Source of the DNA: Camelus ferus
Lineage: Eukaryota
DNA: 64,000 nucleotides
Assembly (NCBI RefSeq): GCF_009834535.1
Contig: NC_045697.1
Coordinates: 87,608,001-87,672,000 of the forward strand
Direction of reading: 5' to 3'
Under the pieces are notes generated by a model. The model saw only the letters and a program-made list of their open reading frames with translations, was not told the origin of the DNA and searched no databases. The position numbers and the translations under genes are program-made. The stretch's first letter is position 1, and each line of letters begins with the position of its first letter. Positions 53,893 to 64,000 of this stretch are shown in pieces.

Positions 53893-56800
53893 GAACTGGG
53901 GCAAATGAGGAAGGGTAGTTTGGGAGTATGTGGCATTTCAGGGAACAGTTGATCTGTGAGGGGCGGTGGACAGTCCAGGAGAGAATGGGAATGTGTGCTG
54001 GTTGGCCGGATGAGGACTGGGGCATGCAGGAGGCCCAGTTTGGGTGGTTAGTTCTGGTACAAATGGATGACCTCACTGATGACCAGCTCAACCATTGATC
54101 ATGAACCAATTGTACCATCTTCCTTTATGGGAAACAGCCTAATTTAAAGACAAAACAAAAACTCCCTGAAGGAAATATTCTCCACCTTTCTTTCCGGGTG
54201 TATTCCTCCTGATTTGGCTACCAAGAAAAGATTTCTTACAGTGTTTCTACTTGCTAGGAAGGTGGGAATTCTAGAAATCTCACAGTGGCCAAATCAGTTT
54301 TCTTTCCAGATCTGGGACACAGCATTCTCTTTTGAAGGACAAAGAGAGGTCAATTCTCAGATTTACACTTTTAAACTGGTTTTATTTCAATGATACCAGT
54401 GTGACTTGAATGCTTGAAAAGAGCTGAGTTTCCTAGAAACTGGGAAGAAAAACATTTAATAATATTTTGACCATTGTATGGCTGGAATTTTTAGCCTCAG
54501 TGGATCTGGTGTACTTAGTGGGCATGGAATTATTCCAATTGCACCATAATCTTCCACATCAAACAGGTTGACTTTTTTTTTATTTAAACAGCAAATTATG
54601 AGAATAAGAAGCTTGGAAGGGACAGTGGGGAAATGATAGATGCTGTGTGCTTCTTTATTGTAACTTACTATGTTTAATCATTATAGTTCCATTAGTGTAT
54701 ACCTCCCTTAGGATCAAAGACTAGGTAATCTAATGGAATGAGAATTAGGAAACAGGACCTTGATTACTATTTGAATTTCTACCATTTAATTATATCAGCT
54801 ATATCACAAACATTATCTACTGCTTGGTGAACATGGTCCACGATCCTCAGTAGCTGTGTTTCAATAATAATGATTTGAGAGTACAGTCACCATTTGTTGA
54901 AGATGAAGTATATACACTATGTTAGGTGTATTACAACCTCAGCTCATTTATGACTTTCTTAATAACCTTTTTTTTTTCTGAAAAATGATTATAATAATGG
55001 CCATTCATTATAGCCTACATGTATGTAGCACTTTATGAGACCTTCTCTCTTATATTGTTGTTAATCTATTCAATTTTTTATGAAGTAATTCTAATTCCCT
55101 GACACAAAATTTGCTGCGACTTCGTAGAGTATCTTGACTGTGAATCAAAACTTCTTTGCTTCTAGGGTGGAGAGAAAAGTGGAGATAACATGATCTTTCT
55201 TTCCCTCAAATTCCAGTTGTGAAGAGTCAGGCAGAGGTGTCTGGGTGGAGCCGTGGGGCTCAAGATTTTCATCTGCAGCACTGTTTGTACAAATCAGGTG
55301 TTTGGGTTTCCTTCCACATTTCCCCCATTTCTCCACGGCCTATGGACTTCAGTTCCCCCCTCTATATTGTACTTTTTTTCTTTTATTTTGTCTTTCAAAA
55401 TTTGTTCAAGTCATGTTGGTTTAGATCTTCTGGTGGTTGGCTTATTCTTGACACTGACTTTGGCCAGCTTCTAAAAACTCTCCTAAGAGTAACGGCAAAT
55501 GCAGTTACTATATGGATGATAAATGACAGAACGTGTCACTTAAGGAGGCCTGGTAGATATCTGTTACTGAGAATTTAACACAATTACCTGTAATCATATT
55601 GGCAAAGCAGTTTCTTAGGGCCATCTGCTTATTTATTAAAATGATTTTTAAAAATATATTGAACTAGATGGTTTTAATTAGTATTTCACCTGCATTGCCG
55701 TGTGTTTTTAAACTCTAAGGTGTATTTTATATTACCTGTGCTCCCCATCCTGTTATCATCCTAGGGCGGGATCCCCCAGAGTAAAGGTATCTTTTTTTTT
55801 TTTTTAACTAAATCACTCTGCTCATTTTTGTTTGTTAAGAGAAAATATCACTGTTTCTTATTAAAATATTAAATGAATGGTCACTTTACACATGACTCTA
55901 TAGAAGATGTTTAGGTAGCTGGCATGAATCAAAGAAAAGAGATGTTCCTGTGTTTGCAGGGATTAATGTCATTATGATATTTTCTTTTTTTTTAATTTAA
56001 TTTTCCCCAAAACAGAGTAAGATGGACACTGTCATGGTGACATGAAAAGGAAAGTAGCAACACGTGTACTCCCCATGCGGGGCAGTCCGAGAGGCACAGG
56101 CGGGAAGGCATCCAGGATGCAGTCAGCCCTGACTTCTTCTTTAACCGGCCAGCTTGAATGGGGCATAGGTTGAGTGTGTCATCATTCCCGGTCCATGGCT
56201 TCTTTAATGCCAGCCAGTTATTAGAACAGACAAGGCAATTCGGATAGGCCGTTATGTGATGTGTTGCCATGCTGACCAGATCAAGGACCACAGGAAAAGC
56301 AACAGTTCTGAGGTTTCCCAGAAGTTCTCAAACGTGCATCGCTTTTGACAACTGAATAAACACTCTTTCTTTGTTCCTACTCAAGATTTCACCCAGGTTC
56401 CTGCGCAGTACCTACGCTGGGACATTTTGCCTACCCAGAAACATCAGTGGGATTACATGGTGGGGTGATTATAAAATGGGAGCCCCGGGAGTCCCTTTCC
56501 TTACACCTCTCTGATGACACTCGGTGTTACGTTCAGCTGTGTGCTTCTCACTGTCCTTGTACCTTTTCTAATTTTGGATAGAGGCCCACTTTTCTTAGAA
56601 CATGTTTTTGGTTTCTTTTACTTTTATTTTCTTGTATTTAAAAGTACCGTGATACCTACTTTTTATTATATTTTATTCTCCGTCAGTGTCAGTTAACAAT
56701 CAAGCTGAAAAGTTAATGTATGCTTTATATAATTAGCTTGAGTGTCTTTTTAATGTGTATTTAATAGAAAAGATAGGTGAACTAAGAATTGGCTCAGAGA

Positions 56801-57299
56801 ATAACAATAGGACATGGAGAATTTTTAAGGTGAGAAGGGTATTATAGAAAAACAAAGTTGAAGGAAGAATACCAGAATGAAGGTGGAGAGAAGAACTGTA
56901 ATCAGCCAACAGGGGTGTGTGCGTGTGTGTGTGTGTGTGTGTGTATTTGGCAGTGGTTGAGGGCCACTGGGCATAAAGGTAGAACATCTCTTGGACCCAG
57001 GGTTAACTTCCTTAGGGGAATTTCCTTTTATTGTCTTCTTCAGATGAATAACCTTATCCTAATGCCTCTTCTGTAGCAAAATAATAGGAAGTATTTGAAT
57101 AAAAAAATTGAAAAAGAGCCCAAAGAAAGAATCTGCATGTTTACCAGAAGAGCTGGAGGGAGATTGTTTAATGGTAAAAGAGAACGAAGTTTTCGAAAAT
57201 ATATTCTTTAGGAAATTATTTCTATTCTCATCTATACCAAGCCAGCACCAAAATGGGGACAGTAATTTATATATCTAGTTATCTAGTGAAAGTGCCTTT

Positions 57300-58620
57300 G
57301 AAAATCAGATTAAAGGTATTGGTGACAGAATAGACATGTAGATCAATGGGGCAGGACAGAGGATCCAGGAATACAAATGACTGACTGATTTTGGACGAAG
57401 GTGCAGGAGCAGGCAGTGGAGAACAAGGGGACATAGCAGGTAATAAAACACGGATGTGCATGTCTGTGTGGGCGGGGCAACTGCACGTTCATCTGTAAAA
57501 ATGATTCTTGAGCCATTCTTTGCATCATATGTAAAAATTAAATCAAAATGGATCATAGAACAAAATGTGAAATTAAACCCACACAAAATTTAAAGAACAT
57601 AGAAGAAAATATTTGGGACCTTGGGTTACTAACACAAAGATTTCTTAGATACAACATCAAAAGCATGATTTCTAAGAAAATATTGATAATTGTTCTTAAT
57701 CAAAATTAAATACTTCTGCTCTTCAAAAGAATTCTCATTTAAAAGAAAATCCTGGGAAAAATATTTGCAAAACACATACCTGATAAAGAGCTAGTATCCA
57801 GAATATACAAAGAACTGTCAAACTCAGTAATAAGAAAACAATCTAATAAAATAAAATAGGTACAATTTAACAGAAATTTCACCAAAGAAACTACACGTGG
57901 CAAATAAGCACATTAAAAGATAATATCAGTTGTTAGAAAAATGCAAATACCAATACCAAGTGTTGGTGAGGATGCAGAGCAACTAGCACGCTCATACACT
58001 GCTGCTGGGAGTGCAAAAGCTGCAGTCACTTTGGAAAGTAGTTTGTCAATTGCTTATTAGTTTAAATGTACACTTACCATGAAACCTTCAGTTCTACTCT
58101 CAGGTATTTAAAAGTGAAATAAAAACTCTCATTGTCATGCAAAAATTTGTACTGTAATATTTATAGTAATCTTACTTACAATTGCCAAAACCTGGAAATA
58201 GCCCAGGTGTGTTTCAATGGTTAATGGATAAATAAATTGTGATATATCCATACAATGGAATACCACTCAAAAGTGAAAAGGAGCGAAATTTATCAATGTG
58301 GACATGTTTCAGATGCATTACACTAAGTAAAAGAAGCCAGACTGGAAAGGGTATACACTCTGTGATTCCATTTGTATGACATGTCTGAGTAGGCAGAACC
58401 ACAGAGACAGTAACAATCAGTCATTTTCAGGGACTAAGGGAGAGGGAGGAGTTTAGTACCAAGGAGCAAAAGGAATTTTTTCGGGGTGGTGAAAATATTC
58501 TACACCTTCATTAAACTGGTGCTGCCATGACTGTATGCATTTGTCAAACCCATAAAAGCGTCAATTAAGAGTATGAAATTTATTGTATATGAATTATATC
58601 TTTAAAAAAGCAAAAACAAA
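57300..58620 (+). mobile_element. Old L1 (L1MB/L1MC-like) 3' portion nested in an older L1
   Basis: cagaatagacatgtagatcaatgg...aaaatatttgcaaa...catacaatggaatacc...A-rich tail. Confidence 0.85.
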
Positions 58621-58639
58621 ACAAAGCCAAGCACCAAAA

Positions 58640-59860
58640 AGTGATAAGCCATGTTCATGGATAAGAAGATCCAGTATCATAAACATGTTAATTTTTTTCC
58701 TGCAGTAGCGTTTTGATAGAGTTTAACCCTTATTAAAATCCCAAAATGGCAAGAAGGGGGTGGTAGAAATTGACAAGCTAAATCTAACATTTAAATAGAA
58801 ATACAAAAATCCAAGAATAGCTGAAATCATCTTGAAAAAGAAGAACAAAACTGAAGGACTTATATTATTAGATGTCATGTAATAGAAGAATTAAGCTAGA
58901 ATAATTAAGATAATATGGTATTGGCTCAAGGATTGACACGTAGAACAAGGAAAGATTAACAGAACAGACTCCAGTGTATTATTATTTATTATGAAAATGA
59001 CACTGCAGTTCAACGTAGGGAAGAAGGGTCTTTTCAATAAATTAACACTGAGCAACTGGATACTATATTTTAAAAAGGAAAGGGCATTTTAAGCCCTATC
59101 TCACACTATGCCCAATTATCAATTTCAGATGGATTGTAGATCTAAGCATGAAAGATTAAACAATAAAGCTTTAGGACAAAGAAGGATAGTATCTTCTTGA
59201 CCTTTGGCTAGACAGACATCTACTAAGCTCGAGATAGAGAAGAAAATCAGTTATTTGGATCATATTAAAATTAAAACCCATTTTTCAAATATGCAATTAT
59301 GAAAATGAAAAGACAAGCTGAAGACTGGGAGAAAATATTTGTCATATATCTTTCTGACCAAGGACATTTTTCCAGAATACGTAGAGAACTACTAAAAAGA
59401 AAAAATAGACAATTCAATAGCTAAACAGACAGAAGGCTTGAACAGATACTTCATAAAAGTGAGTATCCAAATGGCTAATAAATCATGAGAATGTATTCAA
59501 CATCACTGTTCATTGGGGGACTTGGACTAAAACCACAATGGAATACTACTATACCTCCACTAGAAAGACAAATCAAGAGACAGTATCAAATGTTGGTAAC
59601 ACTGGAACAGGTGGAACTCTTATGGACTGTTTATTATTGAGTGTGTGAATTGGTATAATGCTTTTGAAAAAATATTTGGTAGAATCTATTAGAGTTAACT
59701 ATGTGCACAGTTTATGAGCCAGCAATCCTGCTCTAAGTGTACATTCAAGGGAAATACGTACTCGCTAAACGACAAGTATGAGCTGTTCATAGCAGCACTC
59801 TATAATGGAGTGTTGGAAAAAATTCAAACATCCATCAAAAAGATAATGAATTATTAGACA
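58640..59860 (+). mobile_element. Older L1 ORF2 3' fragment
   Basis: ccatgttcatggat...gaaattgacaagctaa...gactgggagaaaatatttg...ctgttcatagcagcac. Confidence 0.8.
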
Positions 59861-60234
59861 ACTCATGAGCCAGGTAAATAATCAGCATGGATCCACAGGA
59901 AGGCAACTGGATAACAACAGTTCTTTGTGAACCTGGACATGATGTTGGTGCTAGAAGCCTGGGTCCCAGCTGAGAGCATGGCTGGAGGCTTCAGGCTGTG
60001 AATTATCCTTTTATACATAAATGGCAGGGAAGCATTACTTATGTGCCACCTCTGTCTTTGTGAGTTATCTGCACCTCGTCTTTCAAATTTTTCTCCTAAC
60101 AGTTTTCCTTTCATAGGGACAATACCAAGAATTGCAGGCACCCTGGCAGGCTAATAATATGGGGCCATTTAAACCAATTTTCTGTCCATCATTTATTTCA
60201 TGGATTGAGAAGAACCAGATTCTGCTTTAATAAA

Positions 60235-60500
60235 AATCATACTAAATGCTATGTGGCATCCCGGAGATCTTGGAATAGTAAACAGACATTAGTGGAAAAA
60301 CTGGTGATTCGAATCAAGTCTGTGGTTTGGTTAATCGTATTGTACCAATGTCCACCTCTCAGTATTGACAAATGTACTATGTTTCTGCCAAAGTTGACAT
60401 TAGGGGAAACTGGATGAGTCTGTAAAGGAATTCTCTACACTCTCTTTGCAATTTTTCTATAAACCTAAAATTATCCCAAAATAAAACAAAATGTTTAAAA
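60235..60500 (+). mobile_element. L1MC/L1MD-type 3' UTR end
   Basis: gacattagtggaaaaactggtga...gtattgtaccaatgt...ctttgcaatttttctataaacctaaaattatcccaaaataaaa. Confidence 0.75.
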
Positions 60501-61589
60501 ACTTTTAGCCTCCCAATTGTATGCCTTTATCTTCAAAATTAAGAAATTTATTATATGTTCTGAACGCAACATAACATTTTAACATCCTTGGAATTTTATT
60601 TTATTTCACAATTTTTCTGTCACTCATTAGTAGAGAATATTCACCAATGACACGCATTAAATTAGGAGAACCTTACATGGATATTATAAAGTCTCGTAGA
60701 AAATACCCATAAGGGTTTTCTTCTCTCGCCTGGGTTATGTCAGCTAAACATCTGCAACATCTTTGTTTCTCTTACTCAGTTTTCTTTTGTGTGCTATTCT
60801 AACAGCTCAGAAAATACATTAAATAACTGAACACAGATAATAGATTAAAAGTTTAAGATATGGGTTACATATGGAGGAAATTTTAGACAATATGAAAAAT
60901 GTGTGAAAACATGAGTTCCAGAGAAAGAGCACTAGTAAATGAGGTCCCTGGCTGACAACATTGCTGCTTTTAGGTGCGCGCTCCCAGCATCTGTAGACAT
61001 CACTAGTGCACGCCGAGAGGTTAGGAAGTTGTGGAGCTGTGTAAATTGGCGTTTACAACTTTATTTCGCCCTCCTACGAAAAATGTGTTTCCTGGTTGAC
61101 CCAAGACGATGATGATGATGAGACTTTAGATTTTAACCAAGTGAGTCAGATATTTATTTTGATGCATGAGATTTTGAGGTCCTTACAGCCCACCCCCTAG
61201 GCAGTCTCTCACTCTGGACTGAGCCTCTGTGGAAAACACTGAGTGACGGGTGTAGAGAGACCAAGCACTGGATTTTGTCCCTGGGAGAGAAATCTCTTCC
61301 TACTTCATAGACTGTGACAAGACACAAAAAGATGGGAAAACTCCGACCATCTTCAGACATAACTAGCTTTCATGCTGTCAATAGACAAGAGGAGAAGGGT
61401 ATTCTGCCGCGTGGAGGTCTTGGACGCAGCCGCCATTGTGTTAGGAACTCAACCCAATGACAGCTACATGTGTCTAATCTTTACTTCCACGTATTCTATT
61501 TCATGACCAAGAATATAAACTGGAATGACTGAGAAGAGAAATTATGAAGTCTGTCATTAATCTTAGTCATTCTTCCATTGGGAGCAAAG

Positions 61590-61810
61590 ATTTTGAGTCA
61601 AAAAGAGCTGGATTTTATCCTAGCTCTGCCATTTTCTCTACGACCTTGAGCAAGTTATCTACCCATCTGAGCTTCAGTTCCTTGCTTGTAAATTGGAGAT
61701 GACAGGAATGCGTATTTCATAGGATTTTTTTTTTTTTTTTGTGGGCTAATGAGAGTAAAGTGCCAAGGGCAGCACGTGGCACATACAAACCCATGAGAGC
61801 CCATTACATG
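61590..61810 (+). mobile_element. MIR SINE
   Basis: tcctagctctgccatt...gaccttgagcaagtta...gagcttcagttccttgcttgtaaattggagatga. Confidence 0.7.
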
Positions 61811-61976
61811 TTCGTTGTCCCCATGCTCTCGGAGTTCTCCACAACACAGCCGAGAAACATGAACGGCTTCATATGGGCACAGACACATGCGTGTGCACTT
61901 ATAGACCACGTTCCCAGACTTTGGCCACGTATGGAGTTCGCATGCCTTTTCTGACTTTCTCTGAGACCATATTCGC

Positions 61977-62136
61977 ACTCCTCCTCCTCCTCCCACCTCC
62001 TTCCTCCTCCCTTCACCAATACCTTCCTTTTCTCCTTTTTCTTCCTTTCTCTTCCTCCTCCCTTCTCCTCCCCAACACTTTTCTTCTCTCCTCCTCCCCT
62101 CTCTCATCTTCTCTTCTTTCTCCCATTCCTCCTCCC
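61977..62136. repeat. Low-complexity polypyrimidine (CT-rich) tract of about 160 nt
   Basis: Direct reading. Explains the Glu/Gly/Arg-rich and Leu/Ser/Pro-rich ORFs here. Confidence 0.9.
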
Positions 62137-63461
62137 AGGGTTTTCAGACCTCTTAACAACAGGTACGATGGAGAATGTGCACACATACAAAGGCAACTCA
62201 GGTTAAAACTCAATGCTTCACTGCATTGTAGAAAATTCCAGACCTTCTTTCATTGTAAAAGCTGCTTAATGCTACATTAGAAGCAACCTTAGTCCTGAAG
62301 CAGCCTGCTGCCTGGAAGTAACACAGAAGCAAACAGGAATCTCCTTCCTCCAGGCAAAATGGCCATTCAGAGGAGGAGGATGTCATGTCAGCACTACAGA
62401 TGGAAGAACCCACACAATTCCTTCTACGGCCACATGCTGGACAGTTTTCAGAAACAGTATGGTAGCTGGTTACTTTGATCTGGTTTTTATTTTCCCACAT
62501 AACTAAGGGTGTCCATCTCAATCTTAGGGGAATGAGGCAGGTTTTCTGAAATATTCTTATCCTCTGATTATTATGAAAGCTTCCATCATCCTCATTTCAT
62601 TTTCTGGTTAATTTTTGGTTACAAAACAAACACCTTTCCCTCCCAACCTCCAAAGCTAAACCATAAAGGAGATTACAGAGTTAGGACAAGGTCATGAGAG
62701 GAGAACATCCCAGGTATAGAAGGGGAAAGGGTTTGGTGAAAGAGGGCGCCTTTGAGGGTTGACCAGTTGACCTGTATCTGAAGGCATCTTTAGGACTATG
62801 CAGCTTTAACTTCTGGAGTGCTTTTAAAACCCCAGATCTATTCTGAGCTCACAAAACTCTGACACTTATGTATCAGAAAAATTCTTAGTTCAGAAGAACT
62901 CAATTTATTCTCCAGTCTCTATAGCTGATTGCCTTGTGAGCACTGGCTGTACGTTGTTGACCCAGTAGTGGGTGTGTGGGTGTCTCTTAGGTCTTCAGGA
63001 AGCACGCACTGCATGTTCGATAAGGGCTGAGTGATGGTGTATGCCTGCTTCGTGGTGCACGTGTCACATTTTAAAAAATTATCAAGTGTTAGATGCAATA
63101 TTGCTCTTTAAGATCCTTACAGGTAATACAAATAGAGAAATTGAGACTATTCAGGTGAGTAAAAATATAGACAACATATACTTGTAAAATAGTTGACTTT
63201 ACATCCAAGAAAACATGTGTTTTCAATAAGTGGGTGAGTGCAGAGGGAAAAAGTGCATGTTTAGCTGAGGCAGAAACAAGAGAGTAACTTATCAGGAAGG
63301 GTGCACTTCCAATGCTAGAAAGTCGAGATGTGGGTAAAGTCCTCTGAGAAGAGAGAGTGTAGTGGCATGGATGGTGACTTGAGGGGGAGGCTCAAGTAGA
63401 GTGGGTACTCTGTCTAGACTGAGGGGGCTGATGGAACTACCTTTTGTTTTCTGGTAACACT

Positions 63462-63914
63462 TGTCAGACCCTCTTTGATGAATATCGATTGGAGCCTAGA
63501 TCCCCTTCAGATGAAATTCTGTCGCCCAGCCACTGGGAGAGCTGATCCCAGGTAGCCTTCAGCTGTTGGTCCCTTCAGGGACTTCCTCAGCTGCACAGAG
63601 CCACCTTGCCTAAGGTCACATCTTTTCCAGTGTGGCCGGCACCACACCTAGTGACTGATCAAGGATCAGGTTTACAAGTCCAGTCCCTTTGGCCTTACCT
63701 GGGGAAATTCTGATGGCTTATTTTAGCTCTGAAACCTGCTATGGGGTCAGCTAAAGCTGCTGTCAGGCCTCTATCAAAGCTCAGTTTCCTTCTGCCCAGT
63801 CCTGCTTCCGTCCCTACCTTTCCACAGGTGCTGATCCTAAGAGCACTCTCTAATAACTGTTCTACACTCTGACTCCATCTCACAGTCTACTTCTTGGAGA
63901 ACCCACCTGTGACA
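63462..63914 (+). mobile_element. LTR16C-like ERVL solo LTR
   Basis: TG start, ctcagctgcacagagccaccttgcctaaggtcac, cttctgcccagtcctgcttcc, and ccatctcacagtctacttcttggagaacccacctgtgaCA end. Confidence 0.75.
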
Positions 63915-64000
63915 CCCTTTCAGTCTTCTATGTTATTTAATCTTCGTAATAACTCCCCGAGGTTGGTATTACTAGCTCTATTACACAGGTGAGAGGTTAA

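Noticed and set aside
61045..61147. Acidic peptide TQDDDDDETLDFNQ followed by gtgagt donor
   Set aside because: It arises from a (GAT)4 repeat. There is an in-frame stop upstream with no acceptor or start codon in between.
62354..62465. Exon-like segment after ctccttcctccag (QNGHSEEEDVMSALQMEEP...)
   Set aside because: No recognisable homology, no strong donor and no partner exons.
367..63883. The many 60-160 aa ORFs as cellular genes
   Set aside because: Recognisable ones are L1 ORF2 remnants or their antisense frames. The rest are short, overlap on both strands, resemble no family I know and form no consistent exon chain.

Overview
AT-rich mammalian non-coding DNA (intronic or intergenic) with a high content of interspersed repeats. 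The young L1 3' ends and the absence of recognisable Alu/Bov/CHR/PRE/CAN SINEs suggest a cetartiodactyl, most likely a camelid (inference). I found no cellular protein-coding exon, RNA gene or CRISPR array that I can support. The only recognisable peptides in the ORF track are decayed LINE-1 ORF2p fragments. The window holds L1 (young and ancient), L2, MIR, hAT DNA transposons (MER63, MER96, MER5A, MER115) and LTRs (MLT1, MER21, LTR16). All family names come from recalled consensus sequences, not from a search. The most notable signals are structural. (1) An L1 3' transduction of about 1.3 kb is bounded by a perfect 17-bp target-site duplication (37208-39411). (2) An inversion of about 2.6 kb (44288-46880) splits both a MER21 LTR and an MLT1J LTR into oppositely oriented halves. 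(3) A scrambled composite insertion of antisense L1 pieces lies inside an MLT1 LTR (41307-41877). (4) An L1 insertion appears to have deleted its target (24141-26190). There is also a strong CTCF-like motif, a symmetric CpG-rich inverted repeat and several non-B DNA tracts. I see no evidence for a new gene system.
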